The notes under the pieces: model-generated
Seen by the model: only the letters and a program-made list of their open reading frames with translations
What the model was told of the DNA's origin: nothing
Database searches by the model: none
Made by a program: the position numbers and the translations under genes
NCBI GenBank assembly: GCA_043228905.1
Contig: JBHGNT010000002.1
Span: forward strand, 26,288,001-26,352,000
Direction of reading: 5' to 3'
DNA from: Azolla caroliniana
Taxonomy: Eukaryota; Plantae; Polypodiophyta
Length of the DNA stretch: 64,000 bases
In this document: positions 62,736 to 64,000 of the stretch, in pieces
Numbering within the stretch: the first letter of the stretch is position 1
How the letters are laid out: every line of letters begins with the position of its first letter

Positions 62736-64000
62736 CGATGACGGTTGTGGTAGTTCTTAGTTAATGATAAAAATATGATAACTTGAATCTATGAGCAAAT
62801 AAAGCTATAATAAGTCACAACTTGCTCTGTTTGATCAAAGCAAAATGTGAAAGGAATTCGTAGGATAAAATTGATTGCCATCTACTTAATGTTCACAAAG
62901 AATATGTTCCTCTTAATCATGGATCATGTTCTTTAATACCAAGAAACTGTAACACTTGAATTTTATTCAATCTTTGTTAACATCAATGTTTATTTGGAGC
63001 TCACACAATCAAGTTCAAGACACTCCATGGAGGTTATCTTGGGATTTTTGTTTTTTATTAATAGAGATTGTATTTTAGAGTGGTAGACTCTTCAAAAAGA
63101 ATCACCAAACAATGGTGTAAAAATTATATTGTAGTTCTCAATAAATATTTTGGTCAATGTCTAAGTGACCTTTTAATCGATAACCTTTGATATCGAAATG
63201 ATTAACTAGTTTGGACGAACTAATCGCAGTTTGAGTGTTTTTTAATTATCAAACATTGGTGTAAAAGATATATCGCATTGCTAACTTTTGAAAAATCTAT
63301 TTGCTTCAAAAAGGCAAGAATTGAATAAGAAGGCTATCATTGCACAATCTGACTTTAGAAGAACTAGAAAGTAAGATATACAAATAGGTAAAAGTCCGCA
63401 CAATAAGGTATATATGTTCTCTTATGAGTCAAATACCTCCTTAAAATCAAGATGAAACTTCACCTAAGTTTGCTTGGATTCATACCCTTTGATAGTATCA
63501 CATTTACCTTTATCCTTAACTATAATAAATTATTAGAGTGGAATTTGTAGTTTTGATGGCTTTTATTATGCTCATCTTAACTTAAAAGCTAATAATTACG
63601 GAATGCTTGATTTTGAGCTTCAAGCATAGAGGTAGCATCATTAATGTATTGATAAGTCGTAAAACTTTTGATGTTATTCAAAATGAAACTAATTAACGAT
63701 TAGTGCGACCTTTGTTCTTCTAAAGAACTTTGTTGAGCATAAATTTCAGTATCAACACTTCCTTTATTGAGCATATGATACAATGTATGTTCTTTTTAAG
63801 TACCATTAAGGAATGCTTGAGTTGACACATCCATTTCGTATAACATGCAAATATCCTGTTCACAATAGTTGGTGGCTATATAAGCAAGTGTTTCAATGCA
63901 ACAATTTGAATTGTAAAGTGAAGATTGTGCTTATTGCCTACTTTCACACTACTAAACAAACATGAAGAATGTTATATTCTCGAGTTTTGATCACATTTGT

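Overview
Plant nuclear DNA: AT-rich, with GT-AG introns and many microsatellites. A non-seed plant, probably a fern, is inferred from the PPR motif style and the Tcn1-like retroelement. Five host genes are present: an intronless PLS-class PPR gene (+), an RNR small-subunit pseudogene (+), an alpha/beta-hydrolase with a 4-bp frameshifting insertion (-), a 23-exon importin-11/KA120 (-) and a CoA-type Nudix hydrolase (+). Between and within them are LINE fragments, a hAT MITE, an internally deleted Ty1/copia and a degenerate Ty3/gypsy relic. The highlight is an intact, very young Ty3/gypsy chromovirus (49726-55496, -). It has a self-complementary PBS (Tf1-type self-priming), a -1 frameshift cassette, an 11-pentamer heat-shock-element array next to its TATA box, and a tRNA-derived Pol III-promoter-like module at the U3 tip of both LTRs. 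Its 3' LTR points at KA120. Also notable: KA120 intron 1 is built from about 8 degenerate copies of its own exon-1 donor junction, and intron 4 holds a 152-nt hairpin. All calls were read by eye; no searches were run.
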